DNA of 63,944 bases, filler included, from Asterionella formosa (taxonomy: Eukaryota), in assembly GCA_002256025.1 (NCBI GenBank). It is 9 parts of 9 records of this genome, joined end to end, with 100 filler letters (N's around TTAATTAATTAA, not from the genome) between each part and the next. Parts side by side here need not be neighbours in the genome. Positions count along the whole stretch, not along the records: positions 1 to 26,182 come from NKIB01001816.1; positions 26,283 to 52,397 come from NKIB01001824.1; 7 more parts are not named here. One strand, 5' to 3'. Shown piece by piece: positions 24,190 to 35,984 of the stretch; the first letter of the stretch is position 1, and each line of letters opens with the position of its first letter. Under the pieces are notes generated by a model. The model searched no databases. It had not been told where the DNA came from and saw nothing but the letters and a program-made list of their open reading frames with translations. Both the position numbers and the translations under genes were made by a program.

Positions 24190-25524
24190 CTACATTAATC
24201 CTATTTCAGTCAGTTCACGCCGTCGGCGCAACACATTAGCCTGAGGTCGCCTAAACCCATTGTTGGTGACAATATCAAGAATAATTTGCCGAATCTGTGA
24301 AGTACCTTGTACTACATCCAACTTCCTGACAGTTGGAAGATAAGCCCACCCAAGAGGAGCATTGGGCATTGGATCAACAAGCTCTTAAGTATTCAGATTC
24401 AAAACCATTAGCAAGTTCTTTCTTTTTATCATCATCAATGAGTAGGCAAAAATTGTGTAAGCGGGCACAAGCAGAAAGAATTGCAACTGATTTCTTCATT
24501 CTGAAGGACAAGGATGTCCTCAGGGTCCTCCATTTATTGGTGAGCAATCCAAACGTCATCTCACTTCAAATGAGTAGTTGCGAAAGGAAATAGTGGTTGT
24601 ATGCATCTTTGTTTGTTGATTCCCTTTGATTTCTAACAAAGCGACAGAGGACTTGATCAGTTAATGTGTAAGCAGCATCTGTATTGTCCTGGACAAAGGT
24701 TGGATACAATCTGAAAAAGTTTTGTTCTTTCAAATGACTTCTGATCTGTACATTTTTCTGTTGCTACAACACCAAAGTATAAGGAACAAAAATTAATGAC
24801 GCAAACAGCTTGAACATTCAATCCATACAACATATAATTCCCATTCCAATATGCTTGAGGGAAGCCGTCATCTTCCTTTTTTCTTGGTTTGGCAATAGGC
24901 TGTAAACACCCATCTATAGCGCGCACCAATGCATCCACGAAATAGTTGCCGCTCGCATTTTCAAGAAATCCATTCATCACTGCTTGTTTCTCTTTGTTTG
25001 TTACAGGGAATTGAATTGATAATGCTGTGTAGGAGTTCACTGCATCGAGGAAAGTTTTAGTGATTGCATAAACAGATGGATAAGAAACTCAATAGACGTG
25101 ATAAATGTCTATGAGGTTTCCGCCTGCAAGCCAGCGAAGGCCAACGGCGAGAATCAACTCTGGAGAAATATGCTGATTTGTGCTGTATAAAACGGAACTT
25201 GCATTTGATTTGACAGCATCAACTGTGATGGAAGTTCGAAGTAGTTGCAGTAAGTGATTGAAAGCTTGAAGAGACATGCGATATTCACAATGAAACCTAT
25301 TCTCATGGAGAAGCTTTATTACATGATCATTCCAGGCAAGTCGTTGATGCTCCCATTTTGCTGATTGCACTGGCTTCGAGTTTCGTCCATAGGACTCCAA
25401 AAATGATAATGCAACTGCTGCAAGTAACAAAAAGCTCTGTTGTTCCGCTTGTATTTCTTGTTCTATATCAAGAATTTCAATGACAGCCCAAATGCATGTC
25501 AGGTTCTTCTATTCGATTTTTCAT
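24190..25524 (-). mobile_element. PIF/Harbinger DDE transposase pseudogene (DDE_Tnp_4-like)
   Basis: YRMSLQAFNHL, LAVGLRWLAGG, AIDG, YGLNVQAVC, TFGLLTNKWR, CARLHNFC motifs spread over several frames with stops. Confidence 0.9.
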
Positions 25525-26182
25525 GATTGTCATTTGAGTAATAACGACTAATTCTCATATCAAACAGACGATGGGGAGAATGCTGAACCTATTGTTGTAA
25601 TTAGCGCTATCAAAGGATTCCACATAAAATAGTGATCACAAGTATACAATAGACTTGTTGCATGGGAAAGCTCGAAATTTTCCAGTCAAGAATTACCCAC
25701 CCAGAGAGGGTCAAATGTTGCGATAATCCTACAGGCGGTGTGTACTGGCCGCCTGCATATCACAAGACAAACCTCGCAGGACAACACATAATGGTTCTCC
25801 CCATTAAGCATGCGCCCAACATACGCTGAGGTATACCGAGAATTAACCAATAATGATCATCAGACAGGTTGTATAATTGAAGCGCACATCGCTATTATTT
25901 TTGCTCTGAGCCTGATGCACATGTTTGAGGAGACACGAAAAAATGGTTAACTGTTCATCTAAGCCGCGAAATACGCCACTTTTCGAAATTTCGTCTACGT
26001 ATGAGTGTTAATTATGTGGTACTTCACATGCATTAATGCCACTCTTCACGTAAAAAAGATTACTTTTAACGGTTTCATGTGAAGTTTTAACTGCTTCATG
26101 TGAAGTTTTCACAATGAATTTTGAACGCGAGACTGAATTAGTTGATGTTTCAAATAATTCATTTGACTTTTCGAAATTTCGT

Positions 26183-26282
26183 NNNNNNNNNNNNNNNNNN
26201 NNNNNNNNNNNNNNNNNNNNNNNNNNTTAATTAATTAANNNNNNNNNNNNNNNNNNNNNNNNNNNNNNNNNNNNNNNNNNNN
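26183..26282. other. Assembly linker N…TTAATTAATTAA…N (also at about 52398, 54088, 55778, 57469, 59159, 60848 and 62537)
   Basis: Identical 12-mer giving stops in all six frames, centred in 100-nt N blocks. Confidence 0.97.
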
Positions 26283-28588
26283 GAGCTCATGTATTTTTTT
26301 GTCACATTCATGTACTCCACTTGTTGATCCTCCTCCATCTTCGACATCGTGGCAACAGCTGCCATACTTGCTCCAACAATGGCAGCACCAGTGGCTCCTG
26401 CAATCACTCCAGCATCCACGAAAGGACTTGATGTTTGGGGAGGCGAAGTTCGTTTTGTCATTGCATAAACTTGGGATTTCACTTCGGTTTTTGGGACATA
26501 ATCTTGTGTTTGTGAACAGTACTGCTTTTTCAATTCATCAACCTCGTCACCAAAAGAGGGTGAAACGGACATTGATAAATTGACATGGTCCATGTAGTCA
26601 GGATTTTGAGGTAATTCCATAAAGCTGGCTTTCTCACAACCTGATATTGTCAAGGCAGAACAAGGCACAGTATCAGCAGGAGTTAAGTAAGCACTTTGAT
26701 CATCATCCCCGGTACTCGAAGCAACATCGTTTGCCACAACAACGGAATCAAAATCAGTGAAAAAGGCAGGTCTCATGGTATTGGAAGTTTCATGGACTAG
26801 TGTTTCCATTGACGTATTGGCTTGTTCAACGTGATTACCAGGAATTGGAGTCATTTTACTGTGTGTTGTATGTGCAGGAGCATTTTTTGATTCACTTGAC
26901 TGGCTCTTGTTGTTACCAGAGGATGCTGTGAAAAAATTAGTGAGTGGCAATTCAGGAGAAAAATCATCTGATAACATTGTAGTATTGGTTACAACAATTT
27001 TTTTATTCTCTTCCTTTGGGCTACTATTTGCTGACTTGGAATGAACAAATTCCTCAATTTGATGAACAACATCTAAATTGAAACTCAATGGCATTCTCTC
27101 CAGCACTTTTGAACGTTTATTTCCATCCTCATGTGTCTTATGGTGAGCAAAATCGAATTGTCTCCAATACTCTGCTTCGTTTGCCATCTTGGAGTGCACG
27201 ACTAATTGAGATGCATCAACTACATCAGATCCCATTTTCAATCGAATATGGCATTTGACCCCGTAAGAAGAAACAATCATTTGAAATGCTCGCATATGTG
27301 ACAAGGATGGACAAGCATATTTGTCACGAGGTGTCATTTTTGTTCTCAAGTATGGAATCAAATTAACAATCCATTTCTTGCCTTGTGAAAGTCGTCCCAG
27401 CTGTTGAGCACACTCTAATTCACTGGTGCTTCCTTCCACCATGAGATATTCCATCATAACATTTTGGCGATGGATAATCCTGGTACTTCCAGTATCATTG
27501 GGGTTGAGAGAGTCCGAAGTGACAATACTAATGTCATCCTCGTCATATAGTTGATGCATGTGTTGCTCCGCAGCCTCCAAGAGTCCTTCTAATGGATACA
27601 AGGGTGCCACCAATGGAACCACTTTTTCTCTCAATTCTTGTGTGGGTGCATGTAATCCAATGGCCAAAATCACGGATGGAACATCACGTGTTAAATCATA
27701 CATCCGTGACGTCACTCCTGCGGTTCCAATGGTAATGTGACCCTTCCCTAAATTAAATGTGTGTGCGTCCAACAAGTGGTGACAGGCAGTCACAACATGA
27801 TCGTAATTCATCAAGGGTTCGCCAGTTCCCATAAAACTCACGTTTTGCACTTGGCACCCAGGAAATAAAGTTGTTGCATGAATAACTTGTTCCAAAATCT
27901 CGTAAGCAGTCAAGTTTTGCACAGTGTCTGTTGACACAGCGGAAGGTCCATCATGATGGCCGCAGGGATCCAAGCAATATGATCCCACTTGACTGGATAC
28001 AGTCACACTGAGACAAGTTTGATCCTTGAGCTTGTACTGAGTCACTACAGTTCGGACATGGCGACCAGACGAAGGGAGTACAAGATGAAATTGAATAGAA
28101 TGCCCGCTTGCACTAGCAGCAGTAGAGGCAATGGTCGTTGTCATAGTGCGATACATACCACTGTTGAGCACATAGTCGATTAATCGTAGTGGTATGTGAT
28201 GGCTGACCTGATGGCGTACCGTGTGGCGGAGTTGAGGATGCGTTACTGCCTTGAGAGCTTGGAGTTCATTACGGTAGGATTGGAACAATGTCTCAAGGGG
28301 TGGAAAGCCTTGTTGAAACAGACGAATGTAAAGAGAATCGATTTGTCGTGGTTTGATGATGACGCCAGCATGATCGAGTGCACGTTGAAGGGCGCCTCTA
28401 TCTAGAATGGACTTTATCCCTGATGACGAAGGCCTGATGTCAACGAATTCTCGCGTCATGTTGTCTCGCGAAATGATTTCTGAGACTGCATCAGATATGG
28501 CTGAGGTTGGAGATATCGGCGAGGATGGCGATGAGGATGCTGTAATTATGCTCGTTGATGCATCCTGTGACAAACTTGCTGCAATCAT
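26283..28588 (-). CDS. RlmN/Cfr-like radical-SAM-fold protein, apparently catalytically dead, with a long low-complexity C-terminus; 3' end runs into a gap
   Basis: VSSQVG, NLTAYEILEQV, NVSFMGTGEPLMNY, LHAPTQELR, EYLM and VNLIPY motifs follow RlmN order, but CxxxCxxC and the ACGQL cysteine are missing. Confidence 0.8.
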
Positions 28589-28804
28589 TTTGATTTTGTA
28601 GAATTTTTAATGGAACGATCCAAGAAACAAATGCGAAGATTTCGCAACAAACAAGAAAACCAGTGTATAATAGTGATAGACGGGTCTGCAACCACAAAAT
28701 GGATGCGAACACACAATCCAAGAGCGAACCAGAAGATGAGGGGCGCAGGTGGGAATGAGAATCCCTTTTTAATATGGTGTGTACGGGTACTCGGCTCGTT
28801 CATG

Positions 28805-29212
28805 ATGTGTACCTGGTACCAGGTACCAGCAAGAATGGGATGAAGGTAGCTAAATGTTTAGCTTCAGCACAATGACCGGAACTTGCAGGTTGACATACCC
28901 TCACCGTCCGGGCTGGTGCGTAGATATGTGGTAGATGTGGTAGTCCGTCTACTACGGTACGTTATCACCAGTGGTACCCTGGTACGTGGTACCGGTACTA
29001 GATAGAATTCCTGTACCGGTAGCATATTTTTCATAAGTTCCAGCTGGCAGAATATACACCACAATATCTCTATGTACGTGTTTTTCTGTAGGTAGTCCTA
29101 ATGTTTGTTTGTCTCCCTCCTCCTTCCGCCGATCACGCCCTCTCCCTCATCGGATCGCATAATGGGATCAGATGCAACCTGAGTACCAGGTACCAGAACC
29201 AGTACCTGGTAC
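28805..29212. promoter_or_regulatory. Cluster of GGTACC(A/T)/TACCGGTA motifs in a divergent promoter (representative of several clusters)
   Basis: GTACCTGGTACCAGGTACCAG (28809), GGTACCCTGGTACGTGGTACCGGTAC (about 28973) and GTACCAGGTACCAG…GTACCTGGTAC (29183) lie between the RlmN-like and GOT1 start codons. Confidence 0.5.
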
Positions 29213-29421
29213 ACGATGCTTATCATTGTACTTGACTATTAAATGTCAGGGTCTACAAATCATCTACGGAAATAGATGCAATCATCGTTGCTAAGGATCC
29301 ATTTCAATCATCAATGTCAGCAACAAACGCGTAATCTACCGATAGACTGTTCCTTGCTATATAATTACGAATCCAAAACCAGACAAGGAGCTCTCCACAG
29401 CATCCAGCATCCGTTTTGCCA

Positions 29422-30424
29422 ATGTTCTCATCAAAAGCAAGACTGTCGCTCTTTTCCTGCCTTTGCATCTCGGTATTGTGCTTGGGTTGCGTCGAAGCAC
29501 GACCGGGGAATGCCTTTCAACCAAGGTCAATTGCATTTGAAACTCCGTATTTATCCGTTACTGTTCGAGGAGGATCCGAGCGTTCTGCTGAGGAAGACAT
29601 TTATTATTCTCAACGTAGAAATCCGAAATATGGTCTAGAACAGTCTGAACAAGAGTATTACCGACAAGATGGAAAGTATAATACGGACGACGATAGGTAT
29701 TTCGACAGAGAATATGATGATCGAGGAGGATTTGAACCATCGGTACGTGACTACATTCTTCCAGATGGTCGAGTTTCTGCTATGGTTTTGGTGTAAAAAC
29801 GTTGTAGCTCACAAAGAGGTCGCACTCTAAACATTCGCCTATCATGAATGCAAAATATCACAGCCTCCAACACCAGTCGTTCGAGCAACGACGGAATCCA
29901 TCCAAAACATGTCCAAATTATTAAAAAATGGTAATCGGAAAATTGGTCTTCCCATGTTGGCGGCCGGTGCTGTCTTTACAGTATTAGGTGTAAGTTTGTT
30001 TTTCAATAAATCTCTATTGCGGCTGGGCAATATATTGTTCATTGCAGGCGTTCCCATTACTATTGGACCTGGTCGAACTGCAGGATATTTCTTTCAACCT
30101 AAAAAGTCCCGAGCCACAGGATGCTTGGCGTTTGGAATCTTTTTGGTATTGGTGGGTTGGCCGGTCTTTGGTATTGTTTTGGAAATATTTGGATTGTTGA
30201 ATTTGTTTGGTAATATGTTTCCTATTGTGATAGCCATGCTAAAGCAAATGCCTGTGATTGGACCAATTTTGAAAGGAAATGGAGATAGTGGTAGATCCAA
30301 ACGGCGACGAGAAGAATACTACAGTGATGATGGGTATGGTCGACGAGATGAGCAGTACTACGACGGCGAGGATAATCAACGATACGATGATCGAGAGGAT
30401 CATCGACGCGACCAATATTATTAA
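29422..30424 (+). CDS. GOT1: Got1/GOLT1-family vesicle transport protein with an N-terminal signal-peptide-like extension; 2 exons
   Basis: Exon 1 29422-29742, GT-AG intron 29743-29863, exon 2 29864-30424 in frame. KIG…LGVSLFFNKSLLRLGNILFIAG…FF…GWPVFGIVLEIFGLLNLFGNMFP is the Got1 signature. Confidence 0.85.
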
Positions 30425-31104
30425 TAATTATTGAAACTGAATTAGGCAAGGATTTCGCTTGATGAACAATATCAGCTAAGTTATTACTTGTACCGGGTAG
30501 CATTAAATTTGATATGGTCACCTCGAACTCATTCTAATTTCCATGTTGGCTAAATATTGGACCTGCTGGGGCTAGCCCTGCTTTGTGCAATAGAATACCG
30601 CTAGTTATCCGATAGTTTCGATCGTCGTTCGTGATGAGGCCGCCCCTATTTTCTGTTGACCAAGCATGCAAAAGATAGATGCCTGCAATTGCGAATCGGA
30701 CGATAAATGTATAAAATTAAAATATACATAGTTTCAACCGTTTACCCGCCACCTGCTGCACGGAACTCGTTCATATACAAAATGACTGCATCAACTACAG
30801 CTTCCGGTACAATAATGGTGGAATATGGATCTTGCTTCAATCGAGCTTCGCCATTTGTCCGGGACATTCAAATAGCCAATCATTTTTCGAGTCATCCCGG
30901 TCGAACACTCTTTCTACGTCAGCAACGTAAGACCGCGTCTATGTAATATCCGAGTCGAGGACTCGAGGGCATAACAAATAGTAGCAATGGTGGCAGCGGG
31001 TCCGGCGATTATAGTCCTCTCTTGTTAAGCTCTCCAAAATGTAAGATCATTAGTGAACAATCCTCGATTCACGTGGTCTCTGCGATTGTCGTGCTTTCTT
31101 AAGC

Positions 31105-33399
31105 ATGTCCATTCACAACAAACCAGGACCAGCAGAGAGGATGGCAACAACAATGATACTAACCAATGACGCTGGTACTACTAGTCCTAATGGTGGTCCT
31201 TTTCATGAGCCACATTTCGAAGACCAACAACCGGTAGAAGTAGATACTATAGCTGCCAGTTGCGTGCCACGTGATAATGTTATGGACCATGATGACCCAT
31301 GGATCGATTTGGATGATCCCGAGCGTGATGCCCAAGGAGTCCACAAAAGCCTTGGAATCTGCGCTTTGTCTTGGACTTGTTGGTGTCCGGCCATGCTTTT
31401 GTTTATGCTAGTGATTGGTACCGTAGTCTTGACGAATGTTATAACGCAAAACAAGAATAACAGCATCAGCAGCATGAACAATGATACAAAGTTGCCAACA
31501 GAACCTCCCTTGGACTCGGCACAACTACAACTCCTACTTCAAGAACGTCTGCAAGTGCACTCTTCCTCAGCAGCGTTTCTTCAAGTGACTTCCCCTCAAG
31601 CTCAAGCACTTCAACGGATGCTGTCAGACCAGGACGGATCAGACAAATACAGGGCACTTCTTCAAGCCCCAAATTTGGAACAACGATTTGCTCTCTTGGT
31701 TTTTGCCATGTCCTGTGGAGTCAATGACTGGAATGAAGGCGTTGTGGTTCCATGGACTAAGATGGACCCACAGACTCATGAATGTGATTGGGATGGGGTG
31801 CAATGTACTTTGGACAACAGCAGCAACAAGGTCGTCACGTCTATTCAGCTGCCTGAAGTGGATTTGGTGGGGACACTTCCTGCCGAATTAGCATTTTTGA
31901 CCCACATCACGTCACTAGACTTCTCGAACAATCGGCTAGAAGGAGCCTTGCCTGACGCTTTGTTTGGAATTGGATCATTGGGTAAGTTCAGAAACTATAG
32001 TACTGTACCTGCTAAGATTTGTAATTTGGGGAACTGATTTTGGCATATACGTTTAACATGAACTCGCACGAGGATCGCTCGTTTAAGTTGTCACGCAGTG
32101 GTGCCCAATTCGCCCTTGTGACACATGTCAATGCGCATTTCCTAATACATAAATCCTCCTCTCCGCACCCTACGCACAGAATCTTTCGTTGTATCATATA
32201 ATAAGCTGGCCTTTTCGATAAATCCTCTCCCCGTGTGGAAATTGACCAACTTGAAACACCTTAAATTGGATAACAACTTCATTTCTGGACAACTTCCAAC
32301 AGAACTCAAAATCATGACAACATTAGGTACGTTCTACGAAGTTGCACTCACACTAATACCAAGTGCAGTTCCAAAAAAGTATTCGATACCAAAAATCATG
32401 CCCCTATACTTACTAAATACTGACAATGTATTGCTATCTAAAATGAACTCATTTACATCCTCCCCTCCCAGAAACTTTCGATGCCACAGGAACGACCATC
32501 CAAGGCCCCATATTTGACTTCATTTCTTCATGGACCAACGCAGTTACAATTAACTTGGATTCTACCCTTCTGACTGGTACCATTCCTTCAACTTTGGCAG
32601 ATCACAACGACAAGCTTCGTTTTCTCAGTCTCAAAGGAATATCCCTAACAGGAACCATTCCTACTGAATTGGGACTCTTGACATTATTGACTGCTTTGAG
32701 TTTGGGAGAGCACGGTATTACGATTAACCATGCAGAAGATTCTATATTTAGTGGGAAAAAGCTTCTAGAAGGAACTATTCCAAGCGAACTGGGGAACATG
32801 AAGAGTTTAAGTGAGTTGTGTGAACACATGGCATTTTTGCTAGACGCTATTTGGAGTTTCGTATTCTTTTCCCCTCATGGGCTGCTCTAACAGTACAGTA
32901 TTCTATATAAACATGCAGGCCAACTTTTTCTGGAAACTACCAATATCGAAGGAACACTTCCCTCGTCATTGGGAAGGTTAACTGACCTTTATTTACTCTA
33001 TATGGACTACTCTCTATTGAATGGGACAATCCCAGATGAATATGCCAACTTGAAACATTTACGATATTTTTCTATGAGTCACAGCAACGTGGGTGGGGCG
33101 GTGCCAGCGTGGCTTGCTGATTTGGTTGACCTAGGTGAGAAATATGCAACTGATGTTGGTGGTCCTACCTTTATGGGCTCTCGGAAAATGATCTTGATTC
33201 TGACCCTTTTCTATTGATCATGCTGTGGTGCACCAAATTTTACAAACTAGAGGTTGTTGACATGGTTGGGGCAAATTATATAGGAACATTCCCCGAGGGA
33301 TTCTGTCCAAGCGCGCAGTTAGCAATTCACCGAAGCTGCAATAACATTTGTGCATGTTGTGATTTGATTGGCAATAATGAAACTTGTGACAAAGCCTGA
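31105..33399 (+). CDS. Type II membrane leucine-rich-repeat protein (plant-type LRRs); 5 exons
   Basis: TM helix near aa 90-112; HECDWDGVQC LRR N-cap; repeated LxGTIPxELGxL units. GT-AG introns at about 31982-32179, 32328-32471, 32811-32918 and 33135-33250; Cys-rich C-cap (CNNICACC). Confidence 0.85.
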
Positions 33400-33629
33400 C
33401 GAGCTTTTCAACATGGGCAAGGGATGGATGGATCACAGCTAGCTAGCTAGCTAGTGCCAAATAATGAAACACTTCTGGACTCCAAACATAACATCTCAAT
33501 AGCTGTATCATGCATTTTCAATAGGGATATGCGACATCAAGGAGAATGAAATTTAAAAAATGATACATCGCCACACTCCATGACATTATACCAACAAAGG
33601 AATTGGGAAAGATAGTGTGTCATTTGTAC

Positions 33630-34916
33630 CTAAGGTGCAGAACGACCCCACGACAAAATCATCCCATCCATACCCCCACTCATAAAATCAAAGGAAAAAG
33701 GCTCCATAGTTTCCAAGCAAGTAACGCTATCGAGATGCCCTTGTATTGTACGTACAGGCTTTCCTCCGAGCTGAACATCAAAGCCATATATGGTCTTGCC
33801 ATTTCCCGTCCATGCTATTGTTTGTTTACCACAATTTTGGACCAAAAGAGGAACATTTTTATTGCTCGATTGAATCGGCGGTTGGCTTCCATGCGAGTGA
33901 AAGTTAAGAGGGATCAAATTCGCATTCGTTCGCAAATCCCAAACTTGTAGCTTACCGTCTTTACCAGTACTTATGATAAAATGTCCATCTGGCGTAAACG
34001 ACATGGCTGAGATGGGCCCACCATGCGATACAATAGTCTTGTTTTCCACAGAATGATAATTGTTGGGTCCTTCCATAATGGTTTTTTTCTTTCTAAGATG
34101 CGCATAGTCACCTTGATACCTCCGACTGTGGTTCAACTCATGAGTGTTTCTATTCAAAATGGCCATACAAGCCCTTGATCCCGACTTTCGAATATCCCAC
34201 AATCGTATAGTCCCATCCAGTCCTCCACTCATGAGAATGACATCACAAGTCGGAGACCATTTTAACTGCGTAATCCCCCTCATATGCCCCAACAATGAAT
34301 GAGATGCTCCGCCAGATCTCATGTCCAACAATTTAACAATGGTGGTGTCAAACGAGCCTATTGCTACTAGGGACAGGGATCTATCCAGTGATCGTGATAA
34401 GTCTAAGCAGCTTAATATTTTGTTTTCCATTGGTTTCCACTTGACGACTGGTGTCATGGCTTGAGTGTCCCATACAAGAACAGCTCCATCTCGTGCGCCA
34501 GAGAGGAAGGCCCCAGTATCTACTGGATGCCATTGTGCAGCTACAATAGATGATGCATGGCCTCTCTCTGAATTGAACGCGACTCTCAATGATTGTGCCA
34601 CTGGCTTATGCAGATTTCGTTGATTGATATTGTAGTGATGGGTCGCTTCATCTTTACCCCATTTGGACAAGTCGTAGATACTAATGATAGCGTCCATTCC
34701 GCCAGCAAGCAAGAATCGGTGTTCCGTTCGGTCCATGCACAGCGAGGGAATTCCAGACTTGTGAGGTGATGCTATTTCTGGTATTTCGAGCAACGCGACC
34801 CGAGAAGAATGGAATGACGCTATATCACTCCAGAACCCGATGGGGGTCCTCATTCCCAGTTCACGCTCTTTCAACAGCAGGGGCAATGAAAGCTTGTTGT
34901 TGTTGTTGTTGTTGTT
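33630..34916 (-). CDS. ERCC8: WD40 protein, DNA excision repair ERCC8/CSA (Rad28) homologue; start lies in or beyond the N gap
   Basis: RFLLAGGMD…IYDL, QWHPVDTGAFLSG…VWDT, LLDMRSGGASHSLLGH, IRLWDIRKSG match the CSA pattern; (AAC)n poly-Asn tract abuts the gap. Confidence 0.8.
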   Translation of the reverse strand, partial: NNNNNNNKLSLPLLLKERELGMRTPIGFWSDIASFHSSRVALLEIPEIASPHKSGIPSLCMDRTEHRFLLAGGMDAIISIYDLSKWGKDEATHHYNINQRNLHKPVAQSLRVAFNSERGHASSIVAAQWHPVDTGAFLSGARDGAVLVWDTQAMTPVVKWKPMENKILSCLDLSRSLDRSLSLVAIGSFDTTIVKLLDMRSGGASHSLLGHMRGITQLKWSPTCDVILMSGGLDGTIRLWDIRKSGSRACMAILNRNTHELNHSRRYQGDYAHLRKKKTIMEGPNNYHSVENKTIVSHGGPISAMSFTPDGHFIISTGKDGKLQVWDLRTNANLIPLNFHSHGSQPPIQSSNKNVPLLVQNCGKQTIAWTGNGKTIYGFDVQLGGKPVRTIQGHLDSVTCLETMEPFSFDFMSGGMDGMILSWGRSAP

Positions 34917-35984
34917 NNNNNNNNNNNNNNNNNNNNNNNNNNNNNNNNNNNNNNNNNNNNNNNNNNNNNNNNNNNNNNNNNNNNNNNNNNNNNNNNNNNN
35001 NNNNNNNNNNNNNNNNNNNNNNNNNNNNNNNNNNNNNNNNNNNNNNNNNNNNNNNNNNNNNNNNNNNNNNNNNNNNNNNNNNNNNNNNNNNNNNNNNNNN
35101 NNNNNNNNNNNNNNNNNNNNNNNNNNNNNNNNNNNNNNNNNNNGAGGACCGTTGACAATGAATGATGACATGATGATTATCATGGGACGGAAACGAAGTA
35201 CCGCATGCAAATCTTTTTGTTTGTGACAATAAAAAAAACCTTATTACTTACCGGTACGGTATAATCAGTAATATCATAGCTATCTATGTAGGTGATTGTT
35301 GTAACAGGTTTCATGATGTCAGATGACATCATCATCAGGGTATCGTTCTTGTACCACTCATTTATGACGGCATATATACCGAAATAAATAATGACAAAGA
35401 AGCCCATGTACAAGCCAATTATTGAATATGAAAAAAGGTTCAACAAAGGTTATTTCACCTTTTTTTTGATAGCATAGGCCCCCCCCTCACCAAAGTAGGT
35501 GAGCATCCAGATGTGTCCCACTGATTTCGGCTTGGACACCACAGGGTGGGAGTCCTTAAGGCCCGAGAAGGTTGAATTCTACCTGAGCGAGTGAAAGCAA
35601 CACTATGCTGCTGCTAGATATTTGGTGTGCAAACCAAACAGGATGGTGTATTTATATGGCTGGCTATACTACGGTACACTGAGCGCATGAGCTCTGAGCA
35701 GGCGTCACCCTGTGGTGTTTAGCAGAAAGGCTGCAAAAATGACTGTCAAACAACTGCATACTTGTACAGTGCCATGATTTCATCTTCCGGAAAGAGGTAT
35801 TTGACGAGTAAGGCTGGAACAACATTGCATGTCCTACCTTTTTTAGGCCTCAAATGGCGTGAGCGAGAACCATGAATTGGAGACAGCTTACAGACTTTGC
35901 TGTCAAGAAGGATTCCACATGCCTCTTCCTTTTACAGCTAGGTTCTAGCCAGTGAATGATGAGTAGCCAAATGTATGAACACAA

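Noticed and set aside
26227..26238. Recurrent TTAATTAATTAA palindrome (possible TTAA TSD or regulatory site)
   Set aside because: Always centred in 100-nt N blocks; it is an artificial contig linker. ORFs spanning these blocks are artefacts
35470..35740. Assignment as SRP RNA, RNase P/MRP, a spliceosomal snRNA or a TPP riboswitch
   Set aside because: Diagnostic motifs (SRP helix 8, MRP P3/CR-V consensus, snRNA 5' sequences, TPP core) were not found; kept only as an unassigned candidate
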